Assembly: GCA_047285535.1 (NCBI GenBank)
Contig: JBJBDC010000001.1
Span: forward strand, 2,368,136 to 2,432,135
Direction of reading: 5' to 3'
From: Synechococcus sp.
Lineage (GTDB): Bacteria > Cyanobacteriota > Cyanobacteriia > PCC-6307 > Cyanobiaceae
Length of the DNA: 64,000 nucleotides
Position 1 is the stretch's first letter. Each line of letters opens with the position of its first letter. The position numbers and the translations under genes are program-made. Below the pieces are notes generated by a model, which ran no database searches, had not been told where the DNA came from, and saw nothing but the letters and a program-made list of their open reading frames with translations. Shown piece by piece: positions 18,701 to 26,131 of this stretch.

Positions 18701-21700
18701 CCTCCGTTGGTCGAGCGTCAGCCGGATGAGGTCGATCGGGCCCGTTTGGCCCTGATCAGTTCTGAGATCAGTGAACTGCGCTGGCAGGACGGGAAGGTTT
18801 CAGTCCCGCGTCTTCAGCGGTTGGATCCTGTGCGGATTCAATGGCTCGGTGACGGCAGCGGCCGATTGGATGGACTGCTTCGTCAGCCGTTGCCAGTGCC
18901 GGCCTTAATGCCGGGTGAGTTGGAGGTGAAGGTTGAGGCGACGGGGCTCAATTTCAGAGACGTGCTCAATGCCCTTGGGCTGTTGCAGGCGCATGCTGCG
19001 GGTCTCGGTCTGCAGGCAACCGGTCAGTTGCCCTTCGGTGGGGAGGCGGTTGGGCAAGTGCTGGCTGTGGGGGAAGGAGTGGATCCGGCCCTTGTCGGCC
19101 AACGGGTGCTAGCAGCTCTCTCGGTGGGCAGCCTGGCCACGCATGTTGTATGCCGGGCTGATCTCTGTGTGCCCTGGCCTGAGGCGTTGCCACTGGAGTT
19201 GGGAGCGAGTGTGTCCACCGCATTCCTGACGGCGATTTATGGGCTGGAGACGCTCGCCAAGCTCCAGCCTGGTGAAACCGTGTTGATTCATGCCGCTGCT
19301 GGTGGCGTTGGGCAGGCAGCCCTGCAGATCGCCCATCGCTGTGGTGCTCGGATTCTGGCAACAGCCAGTGCTGGTAAACACGAGAGGGTGCTGGAGCACC
19401 CCGGGGTCGAAGCCGTGTTTGATTCCCGCAGCACAGCATTTTCTGAGCAGGTGTTGGCCCACACCAGCGGCCGCGGCGTGGATGTGGTGCTCAACAGCCT
19501 CAAGGGGGAGTGGGTGGATGGCAGCTTTGCGGCTCTCGCTGATGGCGGTCGTTTTGTGGAGCTTGGCAAGTTGGACGTGTGGACGCGAGAGCAGGCCCAG
19601 GAACGACGCCCCGATGTGCGCTATCTCCCCTTTGATCTGCTTGAAGTGTCGGCAGCTGATCCCTTATCGCTGCGCTGTCAGTTGCAGAAGCTCGTCGTTG
19701 CCTTTCAAGAGGGTGCACTCGCTCCGATTCCCTGCCAATCCTTTCCGGTGGAACAGCTCGCCGATGCCTTTCGCCTGATGGCCCAGGGCCGCCATGTGGG
19801 CAAGCTGGTCATCCTTCAACCGCAACGCCCTGAGCCGGTGCGGATCCTGGCGGATGCCACCTATCTCGTGACTGGCGCCTTGGGAGGGGTGGGCTTGCAG
19901 CTGCTGCCTTGGCTTGCCGATCAGGGCGCGCGTTCCCTGTTGCTGGTGAGCCGGGGCGTGGAAGCGCCCTCTGCAGAGGCCCAGGCCGTGTTGGATCAGT
20001 TGGAGGCCCAGGGCGTGGGCTGCCGCAGGTTTGCTTGTGATTTGTCCGGGGGCGTTTCGGAAGCGGAGCGCTTGCGCCAGGTGCTGATGGCCTTGCCGAT
20101 GGAGCAGCCCTTACGCGGGTTGATCCATGCGGCTGGGGTGTTGCGCGATCGCCCCATGCAAGAGCTCACATCTGAAGACCTCAATGCAGTGATGGCTCCC
20201 AAATTGAATGGTTGGCAGTTACTCGAGCAAGCTCTCGAATCCCTTCCTCCTCTGGACTTTCAGCTGGCGTTTTCATCATTGGCAACCCTGCTGGGCTCCC
20301 CTGGCCAAGTGGCCTATGCCGCCGCCAATGGTGCTCTGGAGACCTGTTGTGCCATGGCTGCAGACCACAATCCTGGAAGCCCGATGAAGCTGGCAATTCA
20401 GTGGGGACCCTGGGCTGGGGCTGGCATGGCCGCTGGCCTGGAGGATCGTTTCGCAAGTGTGGGCCTTCAGATGTTGGCACCGGATGCGGCGCTTGAGGCT
20501 TTGGGGGCTCTGCTTGAGCGTGGGTGTTCCGGGGTGGTGGCAGTGGTGGAGGCCGACTGGGCACGGGTGCGGGGCCAGGCCCTGCCACGCCAGGGGGATT
20601 TTTTGAATGCACTGCAGCCGGATGAGACGGCCGATGCCCGTTTGGCAGTGCAAGAACAGTTGCGGTCTTTGACCGTGGACGATCGCCTGCCTTGGTTGTT
20701 AGGTCGCTTGACAGAGAAGCTGGGTGAGGTGATGGAGACCGATGCCGGCACGATTGATCCGCTCGCCTCCTTGTTCAGCCTGGGCCTTGATTCGCTCATG
20801 GCGGTGGAATTCGCTGCGGAAGTGCAGAGCGAGTTGGGGTTGCGCTTGGAGTTGGAGGCGTTTCAGAACGACCCTCGTTTGCAGGATCTGGCCCAGATGG
20901 GCCTGGAACAGTTGCTCCCCGAAGCCGGTGGTTCGGCTCCTGCGCTTGATCTGACTGTTGAAGCTCAGCTGCCGGAGGACTGGATGATGCCCAAGTCGCC
21001 TGCTCTTGAATCCCCCGGTGAGCGGGTGCTGATGACTGGTGCGAGTGGGTTCTTGGGCGCTTATCTGCTTGCAGGGCAGTTGAGGCGCTGGCCCGATCTC
21101 AACGTGCGCTGTTTGGTGCGCTGCCCTTTGGCGGAACAGGGTCTGGAGCGGCTGGAGGCCAATCTGCGCGGCTACGGCCTTTGGGATCCCGCATGGCGTG
21201 AGCGGCTGGAGGTCGTCCCCAGTGATCTGGCGCAGCCACGCTTCGGGCTGGAGGAGGACGCTTTTCAGTCTCTGATCGATGGAGTGGGAGGCATCCTTCA
21301 TAACGGTGCCCAGCTGGGCTACTTGGCTTCCTATTCACAGCTGGCAGCGGCGAATGTGGGCAGCACCCGCGATCTTTTGCGATTGGCAACGGAGCACGGG
21401 CCGATTCGCCTGGAGCTGATCTCCAGCGTGGCTGCTTTTGAGGCGGATGCCTGCCGGAACCGCGAGATTTTGGAAGATGAACCCCTGCTGCATTGGCAAG
21501 GCATCCATCTGGGCTACTCCCAGACCAAGTGGGTGAGCGATCGGCTGGTGTGGAAGGCGGGTCAGTCCGGGTTGCCGGTCACGATTTATCGGCCTCCCTT
21601 GATCGGCGGCAATACTCAGCCTGATCGAGACGGCCGCCATCATTGGCAGGAGGGCAATCTTCTGCAGCGCCTTCTGCAGGGCTGCTTGCAGCTGGGCAAG

Positions 21701-22141
21701 GTGCCTGATCTGGAGTGGGAGCTTGATGCAGTGCCTGTGGATTATGTGGCTGATGCCATTTCGGCGTTGGCCTGGAGCGATGGAGCCGCAGGGCAGGTTT
21801 ATCATCTCCAGCACCCGCGGCCGTTATTACTGAGTGAGCTATTGGCGCGGCTCTCGGCACGGGGGATGTGTCTGGAGACGGTGTCAACGGAGGAATGGCT
21901 AACTGCAATCGCGGCGACGAGCTCTGAGCATCCATTGCGAGCGCTGTTGCCCTTCTTTCAGCAGCGCTGGGGTCTTGAAGGACTCACATTCCCAGAACGG
22001 AATGTGCGTGGCGTGCGGGCTCGCCCCAGCTGTGATTTCACGATGCGGGCCTTGGGGGCTCTGGGGGTGCAATGCCCGGATCACGACCTCTTGGAACAAG
22101 CCTGGGGAACGGCTCTACTGGGTCAGGCAACCGTGGAGTGA
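15734..22141 (+). CDS. AT-less type I PKS: KS-DH-ER-KR-ACP-thioester reductase
   Basis: KS DTACSS/EAHGTGT/NLGHSE; DH HRIRGQIVYP and DGCLQ; ER GLNFRD and HAAAGGVG; KR TGALGGVG, VLRD, YAAAN; ACP GLDSL; R TGASGFLG and YSQTK. No AT GHSxG motif. Start is 15734 or 15752. Confidence 0.93.
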   Translation: MGEDGLMNWHQNATDDLNAESSLNLEPIAVLGMGCRLPGGIESPEQFWELLADGRETITEVPASRWDQSLHYHPDPRHPLTQHVSRGGFVQGIDQFDPAFFGISPREAVCMDPQQRMLLEVAWRAIENGGQPLERLKGRAVGVFMGISSTDYAALLWASEDRWLTPDNDPFILAGNTGSIAANRISYLFDLRGPSYTIDTACSSSLVAVDQACASLWRGESELALVGGVQALIHPAMQTMFCKAGLLSPAGRCSSFDAAADGYVRSEGAGAVLLKPLAAALKDGDPVQALIRGTAVNSDGRSPGMAAPSVKAQAACMKQAYARAGLDPRDCLYVEAHGTGTRQGDPIELRALGSVLAPGRDSDSPCRVGSVKSNLGHSETAAGITGLIKAVLCLQQRQLPASLHLKTPNPSVDFAALRLQVQTVLEPFPELESEPVLGVSSFGFGGTNAHAVLTPAPEQSPQETEHEHGPWVLVLSARSEVALNHLRRETADWLEADPSLNLADVSATSLRGRSRFPHALACRYSNHQDLLVQLRGEQPVSWQGMLSEEGPAELQALIKACKPLPERHRWLPLPGHPFLRQRFWWPQADADDAVKGASLWLDRLGLGQVVNDTQAHAWQRLDLPGESQYLQARILEPSQGDLDDHRIRGQIVYPIAGHLALAFDWLQRNREPLQLQKFVLDTPLRLDHRSDVTLQAVLKDQQLELFSRSDGEEGNWCRHGALAMVSTAEWDLSPHPLIDEDREQERKDCGEFYAELHSHGLEYGPKYQPILSLRAQNGIAEAELQRPADAPDRCLLDGCLQVVAATLPQGSARAQLLLPIGLERIQMQSWPLPERLQCWAQKRPDDGQADPSLLVADLWIEADGQRVGWIEGLRARRLPRPMLELLFPLPPPPAGPDLLETRWEQLEVLPDPPAVSIPEDSNEVAEQFVELEDMTTALFLEKVQAYAADEPLQLRVIVRDAGDDALALRAALRCLAMERSRWTCSWWQLPPLVERQPDEVDRARLALISSEISELRWQDGKVSVPRLQRLDPVRIQWLGDGSGRLDGLLRQPLPVPALMPGELEVKVEATGLNFRDVLNALGLLQAHAAGLGLQATGQLPFGGEAVGQVLAVGEGVDPALVGQRVLAALSVGSLATHVVCRADLCVPWPEALPLELGASVSTAFLTAIYGLETLAKLQPGETVLIHAAAGGVGQAALQIAHRCGARILATASAGKHERVLEHPGVEAVFDSRSTAFSEQVLAHTSGRGVDVVLNSLKGEWVDGSFAALADGGRFVELGKLDVWTREQAQERRPDVRYLPFDLLEVSAADPLSLRCQLQKLVVAFQEGALAPIPCQSFPVEQLADAFRLMAQGRHVGKLVILQPQRPEPVRILADATYLVTGALGGVGLQLLPWLADQGARSLLLVSRGVEAPSAEAQAVLDQLEAQGVGCRRFACDLSGGVSEAERLRQVLMALPMEQPLRGLIHAAGVLRDRPMQELTSEDLNAVMAPKLNGWQLLEQALESLPPLDFQLAFSSLATLLGSPGQVAYAAANGALETCCAMAADHNPGSPMKLAIQWGPWAGAGMAAGLEDRFASVGLQMLAPDAALEALGALLERGCSGVVAVVEADWARVRGQALPRQGDFLNALQPDETADARLAVQEQLRSLTVDDRLPWLLGRLTEKLGEVMETDAGTIDPLASLFSLGLDSLMAVEFAAEVQSELGLRLELEAFQNDPRLQDLAQMGLEQLLPEAGGSAPALDLTVEAQLPEDWMMPKSPALESPGERVLMTGASGFLGAYLLAGQLRRWPDLNVRCLVRCPLAEQGLERLEANLRGYGLWDPAWRERLEVVPSDLAQPRFGLEEDAFQSLIDGVGGILHNGAQLGYLASYSQLAAANVGSTRDLLRLATEHGPIRLELISSVAAFEADACRNREILEDEPLLHWQGIHLGYSQTKWVSDRLVWKAGQSGLPVTIYRPPLIGGNTQPDRDGRHHWQEGNLLQRLLQGCLQLGKVPDLEWELDAVPVDYVADAISALAWSDGAAGQVYHLQHPRPLLLSELLARLSARGMCLETVSTEEWLTAIAATSSEHPLRALLPFFQQRWGLEGLTFPERNVRGVRARPSCDFTMRALGALGVQCPDHDLLEQAWGTALLGQATVE

Positions 22142-23358
22142 TCACGCTGATTTGTGAGCAGGGGTTGTGGCTGGCCCTAGGGATCCAGGGGTTGGTCCTG
22201 GTGCTGTTCGCTTGGCGCTGGCACGGGCTGCGCGATGAGCAACGTCGCTGGCCGAGGGAGCCCGAGGGTGGTTGGCCAGACCTGGAAGTGCTTCTGTGTT
22301 TGCGCGGCGCTGATGCAGCGCTGCCGGCTCTTCTTGCCAGTCTGGCGGCACAGGCCTACTCAGGCTGTTGGCATTTGAATCTTGTGGTTGACAGCGAGGA
22401 TGATCCCGCTTGGGGCCTGGTGGATCCTTGGCTGAAAACGTCGCAGGCGGGCTGGAGCTCGATCCGGCGTGAGCGTCTGCACCAAAGACCTGTGCAGGGA
22501 TCGCTGAAATGTGCAGCCCTCCGCCAGGCGTGTTCTTGCTTGGTGCCGACAACAAAGCTGGTGGTGTTGCTGGATGCCGATGCCACGCTCTCTCCGGACG
22601 GTCTCCAGCGGTTAGCACGTGCGTGTTGGCGTCCAGGGGTGGGGGCGGTGTCCGGTAATCGTTGGTATGCGCCTGCTGGCTGGGGCCTCCTTGCTTGGTC
22701 GCGGGCGGTGTGGGGTGCTGCTGCCCTGGTCTTGATGACCATGCTAGAGATCCCATGGGGCGGCAACCTCGCTCTGCGGCGGGAGTTGGTTGATGCTGGT
22801 GGTTGGAGTGAGCTGCTCGAGCGCGGGCTCTGTGAAGACACGGGACTGCTAGGACCGTTGCAGCACTTAGGGATGCGTTATGAACCGCGCCCCGAGTTGC
22901 TCGTCCTGGAGCGGAGCGTGCCAGAGACTTGGGGCGAGCTCTATCACTGGATCAGTCGTCAGATTCTCAACACCCGTTTGCACCATCCCGCAGGTGTGTT
23001 GGTGCTGTGTTATGGCCTGGGTTCCATGCTGGTTTTACTCCTGCTTGGGGTGGCAGTCCTCAATGGGATCTGGTGGGTGGCGCTTGGATACGAGCTGGGC
23101 TGTTGGATTCTGCTGCTGTGCCTACAGGCAGTGGTGATTCGACGCTTGTCGCAGTCTCGTCAGGTCATGGGTTGGCTGCTGGGTGTTCTGCCGGGACAGG
23201 TGATCAACAGCGCCACAACTGTTGGAGCTTGGCTGCAGAGAAAGGTGGCGTGGCGTGGCGTGACCTACCAGGTGACCCACCGTCCTGTTGGCGTGTGCTT
23301 GATCGCAGAGAGCAAGCGGCTTAGGCGGGAGCCAGCATCAACTGACGCAGTGTCTTGA
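22138..23358 (+). CDS. Membrane glycosyltransferase, ceramide glucosyltransferase/HpnI-like (GT21/GT2)
   Basis: N-terminal TM, LRGAD, LLDADA, WGGNLALRR, CEDT, WISRQ, C-terminal TMs and VAWRG. GTG overlaps the PKS TGA. Confidence 0.78.
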   Translation: MITLICEQGLWLALGIQGLVLVLFAWRWHGLRDEQRRWPREPEGGWPDLEVLLCLRGADAALPALLASLAAQAYSGCWHLNLVVDSEDDPAWGLVDPWLKTSQAGWSSIRRERLHQRPVQGSLKCAALRQACSCLVPTTKLVVLLDADATLSPDGLQRLARACWRPGVGAVSGNRWYAPAGWGLLAWSRAVWGAAALVLMTMLEIPWGGNLALRRELVDAGGWSELLERGLCEDTGLLGPLQHLGMRYEPRPELLVLERSVPETWGELYHWISRQILNTRLHHPAGVLVLCYGLGSMLVLLLLGVAVLNGIWWVALGYELGCWILLLCLQAVVIRRLSQSRQVMGWLLGVLPGQVINSATTVGAWLQRKVAWRGVTYQVTHRPVGVCLIAESKRLRREPASTDAVS

Positions 23359-23869
23359 AGTTCTTCTGAAGGCTGGCGTCATGGAGGCTGCGGAAGCTGG
23401 GAAGGAGCAACGGTGGCACCTCCGGTTTGAGACGGATGGTGTGAACGATGCGGGTGCCGCCTGCCACAGGAGTGAGTGTCCAGTCGCCTGAGAGGGCGCT
23501 GATGCGATCCCCTTGCACGAGCCAGTACCGGAGGGTGCGGGACTTCACATCTTCTTTCCCCTCAAGAAGGGCAGTGATGCTGAGCCCAAAGGTGTATGGA
23601 GCTTTCAGAACTTGGCGCAGGCGCAGTTGCTGCCCCTTCCTCGACACCAGGCTTACGGCCTTCACATCCGGCATGGCTGAGAAGGTGCGGGTGTAGTCGG
23701 TGAGGACGGCCCAGGCCCGCTCTGCTGGCACTGGAACTTGCATGGAGACTGTGGCCTTCTCTCCATTGCGTATCAGTTGCACTTGTTCACTGGCCCGGAG
23801 TTGCACCAGGGCTGCCGGTTTAGGCGGCGGTGGTTCCTGCAGCTGCGGGTTGAGGAGGAGCCACAGCAT
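23321..23869 (-). CDS. SRPBCC/START-fold (polyketide cyclase/dehydrase) protein
   Basis: PAERAWAVLTDY...MPDV, GDRISALSGDWTL and a C-terminal helix. Confidence 0.75.
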   Translation of the reverse strand: MLWLLLNPQLQEPPPPKPAALVQLRASEQVQLIRNGEKATVSMQVPVPAERAWAVLTDYTRTFSAMPDVKAVSLVSRKGQQLRLRQVLKAPYTFGLSITALLEGKEDVKSRTLRYWLVQGDRISALSGDWTLTPVAGGTRIVHTIRLKPEVPPLLLPSFRSLHDASLQKNFKTLRQLMLAPA

Positions 23870-23871
23870 GG

Positions 23872-25647
23872 TCAGAAACTCACCAAAACCCTGCCACCCC
23901 AACGGATCTGCTCAGCATTGAGTAGCTGACCCACATCGAGGATGGAAGCGGCGGTGCTGCCGTAGGCCTCAAGTGCCAAGCTTTCAGTTGTGCTCCAGCG
24001 CAGACCCAAGGTGCCGTTGCTCTGAGCCAAATTATTGACCACCACATTGCCTTCTGGTACCAGTTGCCAGCGCGGGGCCAGCTGAACGTTGGCACTGAGG
24101 CCAACCCCCCAGAGATTGCCGCCGCCGCTTAAAACCACCTTGGGATTGGCATTAAGAGCTAAGCCAGGGCTTGCTTCCCAGGTGAGCATCGTTTCAGCGA
24201 ACACATAGCCCTGGCCAGTGTTGTTCACGATGTCGCTGTTGCGGCCGAGAGTGATGCGACCACCGCCCCAGACCGGGGCCCCGCGCAGGGGGCTGAAAGC
24301 AACAGCTTTTCCGCCAATGCGCCAGTTCCACGCTCCGTCATTGGCGTAGAGGCGGGCCTGGGGGGTTGTTTGGGGCACGTTGTTGTAGAGGCCGCCACTG
24401 AACAGAAACAGCTGGAAGATGTTGGAGATGGAATAGCCGAGGAATGGATTCAGGTTTCCGCCGCTATCGCCATTCACCCAGAAGTCAAAGCTGTCATCAG
24501 GTGGCACCAGGGCTGTATTCACGGTGAGCCCACCCTTGGCCAGAGAGCGCTGTCTGCTTGTGAGTGGCTGCTGGGGGGTGTCAGGCGCATCGGGGGTGAA
24601 CACAAAGCTGGCTGCATAGCCGAGGCGATTGTCTGAGGGGAGGGCGAGCAAGGATGTTGCAGGCGAGGCACCAAAGCCATTGGTGAGTTGTCCCCGTAGC
24701 CCGATTCGTGGGTTGAGATCCCAGTTAAGACCTGCTGAGACAATGGGTACGCGTGAAAAGTTGAGATCGGCATCGAAGCTGTTACTTCCTGAGCCGATGG
24801 GTTGAGCCACGCTTGCGGTCAGCCCTAAATGCTGATTGGCTTGCCAAAGCAGACCACCAGAGAGGTAAGGGTTGGTGCCGTAAAAACGGCCTCTTCCGCC
24901 CTGCCCTGATCCTTGAGTTGCTGGCAGCCAACTCACGCCAGGCGCAAAACTGAACTGAAGTTGGTCTGTGGCTTGCCAGGTGAAGGGGAGCGAAAGAGAC
25001 CCCACCAGATTGCGGGTGAAGACGCGTCGACCAGAATCATTGAAGATGTTTGGTGAGGCCGCATCGCCTTGAGAGGCGAATGAGTCGTCACCGCCGCTAC
25101 CAACGTTCCAGACTTCTAAAGAGCCGTTGATAGCCATGCTGAAGGTCTTGTGATTCAGCACGCGCCATCGAGCCGCACCGCCGTAGCTTTCCCAAAAATT
25201 GGCCGGTCGCGTCTGGAATCCAGTCAGTGGAGCATTGAGCGGGTCATCGGATTGGGTGTAAAAGGCGGAGATCTGCAGCGATTCCGTGAGTCCTATATCA
25301 AGATTCGCCGCGTAGTTTTGGTTGCCGGTGCCTGTGTCACTGTCAAATGGCGACAGGGTGATCGCGGAGAAGCGCCACCGCTCAGGTTCTAGTAACAAAG
25401 ACGTTGGCACTGCAGCGGAAAGGCGCAGCAATGGCAAGTAGTCCGCGGAGATCAGAGGAGTGTTAATGGATGCCGCTTCAATTTGTTTGACATTCAGTGG
25501 TTGTAAGGCCGGAGTTGGAGGGTTGGCTTTGATGGGTAATGCCGGCTCCTTGAGGACTTCCCAGCGAGGCCCATCGTTGGAGATGAAAGCTGGAGAAATG
25601 ATTGGCGGTGGTGGGGGTGGGGGAACAGGAGCCCAAGAGATTGGCAT
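23872..25647 (-). CDS. Putative outer-membrane beta-barrel protein with two similar halves
   Basis: Alternating amphipathic strands rich in G/N/W; ends in RWGGRVLVSF (beta-signal-like); Pro-rich N-terminus; coupled to the phosphatase stop. Confidence 0.6.
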   Translation of the reverse strand: MPISWAPVPPPPPPPIISPAFISNDGPRWEVLKEPALPIKANPPTPALQPLNVKQIEAASINTPLISADYLPLLRLSAAVPTSLLLEPERWRFSAITLSPFDSDTGTGNQNYAANLDIGLTESLQISAFYTQSDDPLNAPLTGFQTRPANFWESYGGAARWRVLNHKTFSMAINGSLEVWNVGSGGDDSFASQGDAASPNIFNDSGRRVFTRNLVGSLSLPFTWQATDQLQFSFAPGVSWLPATQGSGQGGRGRFYGTNPYLSGGLLWQANQHLGLTASVAQPIGSGSNSFDADLNFSRVPIVSAGLNWDLNPRIGLRGQLTNGFGASPATSLLALPSDNRLGYAASFVFTPDAPDTPQQPLTSRQRSLAKGGLTVNTALVPPDDSFDFWVNGDSGGNLNPFLGYSISNIFQLFLFSGGLYNNVPQTTPQARLYANDGAWNWRIGGKAVAFSPLRGAPVWGGGRITLGRNSDIVNNTGQGYVFAETMLTWEASPGLALNANPKVVLSGGGNLWGVGLSANVQLAPRWQLVPEGNVVVNNLAQSNGTLGLRWSTTESLALEAYGSTAASILDVGQLLNAEQIRWGGRVLVSF

Positions 25648-26126
25648 CAGTTTGCTTCTTTGTGAGCGCCCCTTAGAGCAGGGTTTCTCAACAGTGCGAG
25701 TTGGCCTGGAAGCGGGTTGGTGCCTGGATGCACCTGCATCAGGTAATCCAGAGCTTGCTCAGGGCTCAGGTTGTGGTGCTGCACTAGCCAACCCAGGCAG
25801 ACCAGGGGAGATCTTTCCATTGCTGCAACACAATGAACAAACACTGAGCCATGCTTTTGATGCAGCTTTGCCAGTCGATCCAGTGCTGCGATCAGCTCAT
25901 CAAACGCGGGAAGGCGCCCGCTTCGATGATCAGGCAGCACAAGGCGGCAACAGGCAAATTGGCCATTCATTGAGGGTGGAGGTGGGGCTTCATCTTCTGA
26001 GCAGAGGCTGAGAACGGCCTTAACGCCTGCATCCTTGAGCCTGGAGAGGTGACGCTCTGCACAGGGTGCTGGACCTATCGCTAGTTCATCAACAAGAATC
26101 CAGTCTATTTTAAAAGGTTTTTGCAT
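25647..26126 (-). CDS. Dual-specificity protein phosphatase
   Basis: LPDH general-acid loop, VFVHCVAAMERS (CX5R) and NPLPGQL. Confidence 0.88.
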   Translation of the reverse strand: MQKPFKIDWILVDELAIGPAPCAERHLSRLKDAGVKAVLSLCSEDEAPPPPSMNGQFACCRLVLPDHRSGRLPAFDELIAALDRLAKLHQKHGSVFVHCVAAMERSPLVCLGWLVQHHNLSPEQALDYLMQVHPGTNPLPGQLALLRNPALRGAHKEAN

Positions 26127-26131
26127 AGAGA

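Noticed and set aside
14722..22841. Long antisense or alternate-frame ORFs (e.g. 296, 204 and 200 aa) over the PKS operon
   Set aside because: Shadow ORFs of GC-rich coding sequence, with no recognisable motifs.
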